Shown one piece after another: positions 38,299 through 40,562 of a DNA stretch of 40,562 nucleotides; the first letter of the stretch is position 1; the number at the start of each line of letters is the position of its first letter. The notes under the pieces were generated by a model, which was given only the letters and a program-made list of their open reading frames with translations, did no database searches and was not told the DNA's origin. The stretch lies in IMG/VR virus record IMGVR_UViG_3300042402_002792; one strand, written 5' to 3'. This DNA comes from a virus (Duplodnaviria > Heunggongvirae > Uroviricota > Caudoviricetes). A program made the translations under genes and the position numbers.

Positions 38299-39645
38299 AT
38301 GACCATAGATGTTAACGGCCGTACAGTAAACACTACTAACTACGATCACAGTTCAGAACCAAATCTTAACGACCTCCATAAAACTATGGAATACAATGCG
38401 CTAGGGCAACCAGTGCTTCGTACCACACTTAAAGTAGGACAGACTGATGCGTTTGGTCGTATACGTATGAGTACACCGTTTACTCTAGGTGACTATAAAC
38501 ATTTGTACGGTCTAGACCCGATGTTTATAGATAAAATCTTTAATGGTGGTTCAGTAACATTTCAAGACAACAAAGCCTGTGCTAGACTAACAACCAGTAG
38601 CAATGCCAGCAGTCGTGTAGTACACCAGACCAAGTTCTATCATCACTATATGCCAGGCAAGAGTCAGCAGATACTTTCAAGTTTTAACTTTTATGCTGCC
38701 ACTGCCAATGTAACAAAACGCACGGGTTACTTTGATGACCTTAATGGCATTTATTTTGAACAAGCAGGCGATGGTACACTTACATGGGTTATAAGAACTT
38801 ATACATCAGGTGTTGTTGCTGAGAATCGTAAGACACAAACAGAGTGGAACATTGACTCTTGTGACGGCCAAGGCGGCAGTCAGTTTAATTTAGACATTAC
38901 AAAGACACAGTTGGCATTTATGGAATTCCAGTGGTTAGGTGTTGGTAGTGTAACAGTTGGATTTGTACACGAAGGTTCCTTTATCCCTTGTCATCAATTT
39001 CATCACTCTAATGACCTAACCACAGTCTATATGAGTAATCCAAACTTGCCAGTACGCTGTGAGATCTTAAACACAGGCACAACCGCAGGTGCGTTTATGG
39101 ATCAAATCTGCTCCACCGTTATATCAGAAGGCGGTTATGTTGAAGCAGGACAGGACTGGAGTGTGAGCAGTCCCACAGCACGAACAATGAATGACGGAAC
39201 TACGGTGCCTATCCTAGCCATTAGATTGAAGACTGCCTTTAGAGGCTATGCTAACCGTATGATTGTACGTATGGGTAACCTCAATGTGTTTGGCACACAA
39301 GAGAATATGGAGTATAAATTAATTAAATTACCTAACATCAGTCAACTAACCACAGCGGCGAACTGGATACCAGTCAACGATGGCAGTGGTGTAGAGTATA
39401 ACGTGGGTGCTACTGCTTATACAGATGGCGAAGTTATTGACGGCGGGTATGTATCTGCTACCACACAGGGTAGTCAAAAGTCTGCTGGTGCTCCTCCTAG
39501 CAACATTCCCAGTAGTGCTAAAAAGAACTACATTGTACAGAACTATGACAGCACAGACAGCGAAATCTATGTGATAGCAGTAACTAATATTGGATCAGCA
39601 GATGGTACTGCTAGAGTTAGTTTACAATGGCGGGAGATTTATTAA
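38299..39645 (+). CDS. probable virion-associated beta-rich protein (DAFGR.R.S.P family)
   Basis: TDAFGRIRMSTP, HYMPGKSQ, QWLGVG, C.TVISEGG, WREI motifs. Confidence 0.7.
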   Translation: MTIDVNGRTVNTTNYDHSSEPNLNDLHKTMEYNALGQPVLRTTLKVGQTDAFGRIRMSTPFTLGDYKHLYGLDPMFIDKIFNGGSVTFQDNKACARLTTSSNASSRVVHQTKFYHHYMPGKSQQILSSFNFYAATANVTKRTGYFDDLNGIYFEQAGDGTLTWVIRTYTSGVVAENRKTQTEWNIDSCDGQGGSQFNLDITKTQLAFMEFQWLGVGSVTVGFVHEGSFIPCHQFHHSNDLTTVYMSNPNLPVRCEILNTGTTAGAFMDQICSTVISEGGYVEAGQDWSVSSPTARTMNDGTTVPILAIRLKTAFRGYANRMIVRMGNLNVFGTQENMEYKLIKLPNISQLTTAANWIPVNDGSGVEYNVGATAYTDGEVIDGGYVSATTQGSQKSAGAPPSNIPSSAKKNYIVQNYDSTDSEIYVIAVTNIGSADGTARVSLQWREIY

Positions 39646-40067
39646 TGTATCGCAAGTATATCCGCATCGTAGAAGCAGCCAACAAGGGCTGTCCTATTGC
39701 CACCCACGACATCGACGTCAACCTAAAGAATCGTCAGAAGGCCATTGACGAGTATCACTACGGTCCAGCCAATCCTGATGAACCAGAGTCATATTGGAAA
39801 GAAGCAGCCAAGCGTTGGGATATTAGTGAGAAGACTGCTCGTACAATGAAATGCGGTAACTGTGCGGCTTTTGATGTAAGTGACAAAATGTGGGCTTGTA
39901 TCGAGGATGGTATTAAAGGCGATGAGAAAGATGCTGATGCTATGGCAACTATACACCGAGCAGATCTAGGCTATTGTAACTTCCTACATTTTAAATGTGC
40001 CGGAGATCGATCGTGTACAGCGTGGGTCACAGGTGGTGCAATAGACAACAAAGATAGAACACAGTAA
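39645..40067 (+). CDS. Cys-rich hypothetical protein
   Basis: CGNCAAF, GYC..LHFKCA..RSC.AW; start MYRKY. Confidence 0.75.
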   Translation: MYRKYIRIVEAANKGCPIATHDIDVNLKNRQKAIDEYHYGPANPDEPESYWKEAAKRWDISEKTARTMKCGNCAAFDVSDKMWACIEDGIKGDEKDADAMATIHRADLGYCNFLHFKCAGDRSCTAWVTGGAIDNKDRTQ

Positions 40068-40068
40068 A

Positions 40069-40562
40069 ATGTTTAAAAGGTTTGATGTTCATTTAATATC
40101 AAATCCTAGTTGTACTCGACCTGTTAACGAGTTAGATGAACAGGATTTTGCATATTACGATAAAGACGGATTTGAACTTTGTCGCGCTGAGCAAAAGTTT
40201 TATCGTGCTATGAGCTATCCTATAAATGATCCTATACTCAATCATACCTGCTGGCAGCAAACTTGGTTTAAACTAGAAAACAAATCTGATAACTTAATAT
40301 TAGATCATTGTATGTTTCTGTGTAGATCTAACTTTGATCAAGCAGCACTAGAACAGTTAAAGAAATTAAAGACAACACATCCTAGAGCAGACTTATTAAT
40401 TAAAACTCGTCCTAAGTGGGGGTTTGATTTTGCTTTAGATGCTGTTATTAATAGTGAAGTATTTGAAGTTTTGCACATAGAATACGATAGTAGGGACTAC
40501 GATACGTTTACTAACAATATGCTGAACTTTGACTATCGAGTTAGACATACTAACTGGCAAGA
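40069..40562 (+). CDS. hypothetical protein (truncated by window end)
   Basis: ATG at 40069; MFKRFDVHLISNPSC...YYDKDGFEL, open to the end. Confidence 0.7.
   Translation, partial: MFKRFDVHLISNPSCTRPVNELDEQDFAYYDKDGFELCRAEQKFYRAMSYPINDPILNHTCWQQTWFKLENKSDNLILDHCMFLCRSNFDQAALEQLKKLKTTHPRADLLIKTRPKWGFDFALDAVINSEVFEVLHIEYDSRDYDTFTNNMLNFDYRVRHTNWQ

Noticed and set aside
1-40562. Stop-codon reassignment, diversity-generating retroelement or retron
   Set aside because: Genes tile densely in the standard code using all three stops; no reverse transcriptase or template/variable repeat pair seen

Overview
This is a gene-dense segment of a large lytic dsDNA phage with T4-like features, probably infecting a proteobacterium. 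The host is inferred from sigma70 promoters, consensus DnaA boxes and host-like AlgH, YbaN, PBP and ALAS genes. No capsid or terminase gene is in the window. Layout: (1) 1-8.9 kb, minus strand: tRNA-Leu(UAA) and an early host-takeover region of small genes driven by 16 near-consensus TTGACN-17-TATAAT promoters, with two families of palindromic operators and a candidate structured ncRNA. (2) 8.9-10.3 kb, mostly non-coding: DnaA-box cluster, AT-rich tract, phased 10-mer repeats and GC-rich repeats (candidate origin or genome-end region). (3) 10.3-23.6 kb, minus strand: small genes including an envelope cluster (S11 peptidase, lipoproteins, entericidin-like peptide) and about 15 paralogous genes ending in a (W/M)F-x-L-(R/K)-W motif whose DNA doubles as the ribosome-binding site or start of the next gene. 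(4) 23.7-27.9 kb, plus strand: GIY-YIG/SF2 helicase plus an apparently split N6-adenine methyltransferase. (5) 27.9-40.5 kb, mostly plus strand with TAAATA late promoters: epimerase, M23 peptidase, SGNH-muramidase, AlgH, HNH, radical SAM, YbaN, SNase, lipase, hemA (ALA synthase, minus strand) and virion-like proteins. All calls come from reading motifs by eye; no database searches were run.
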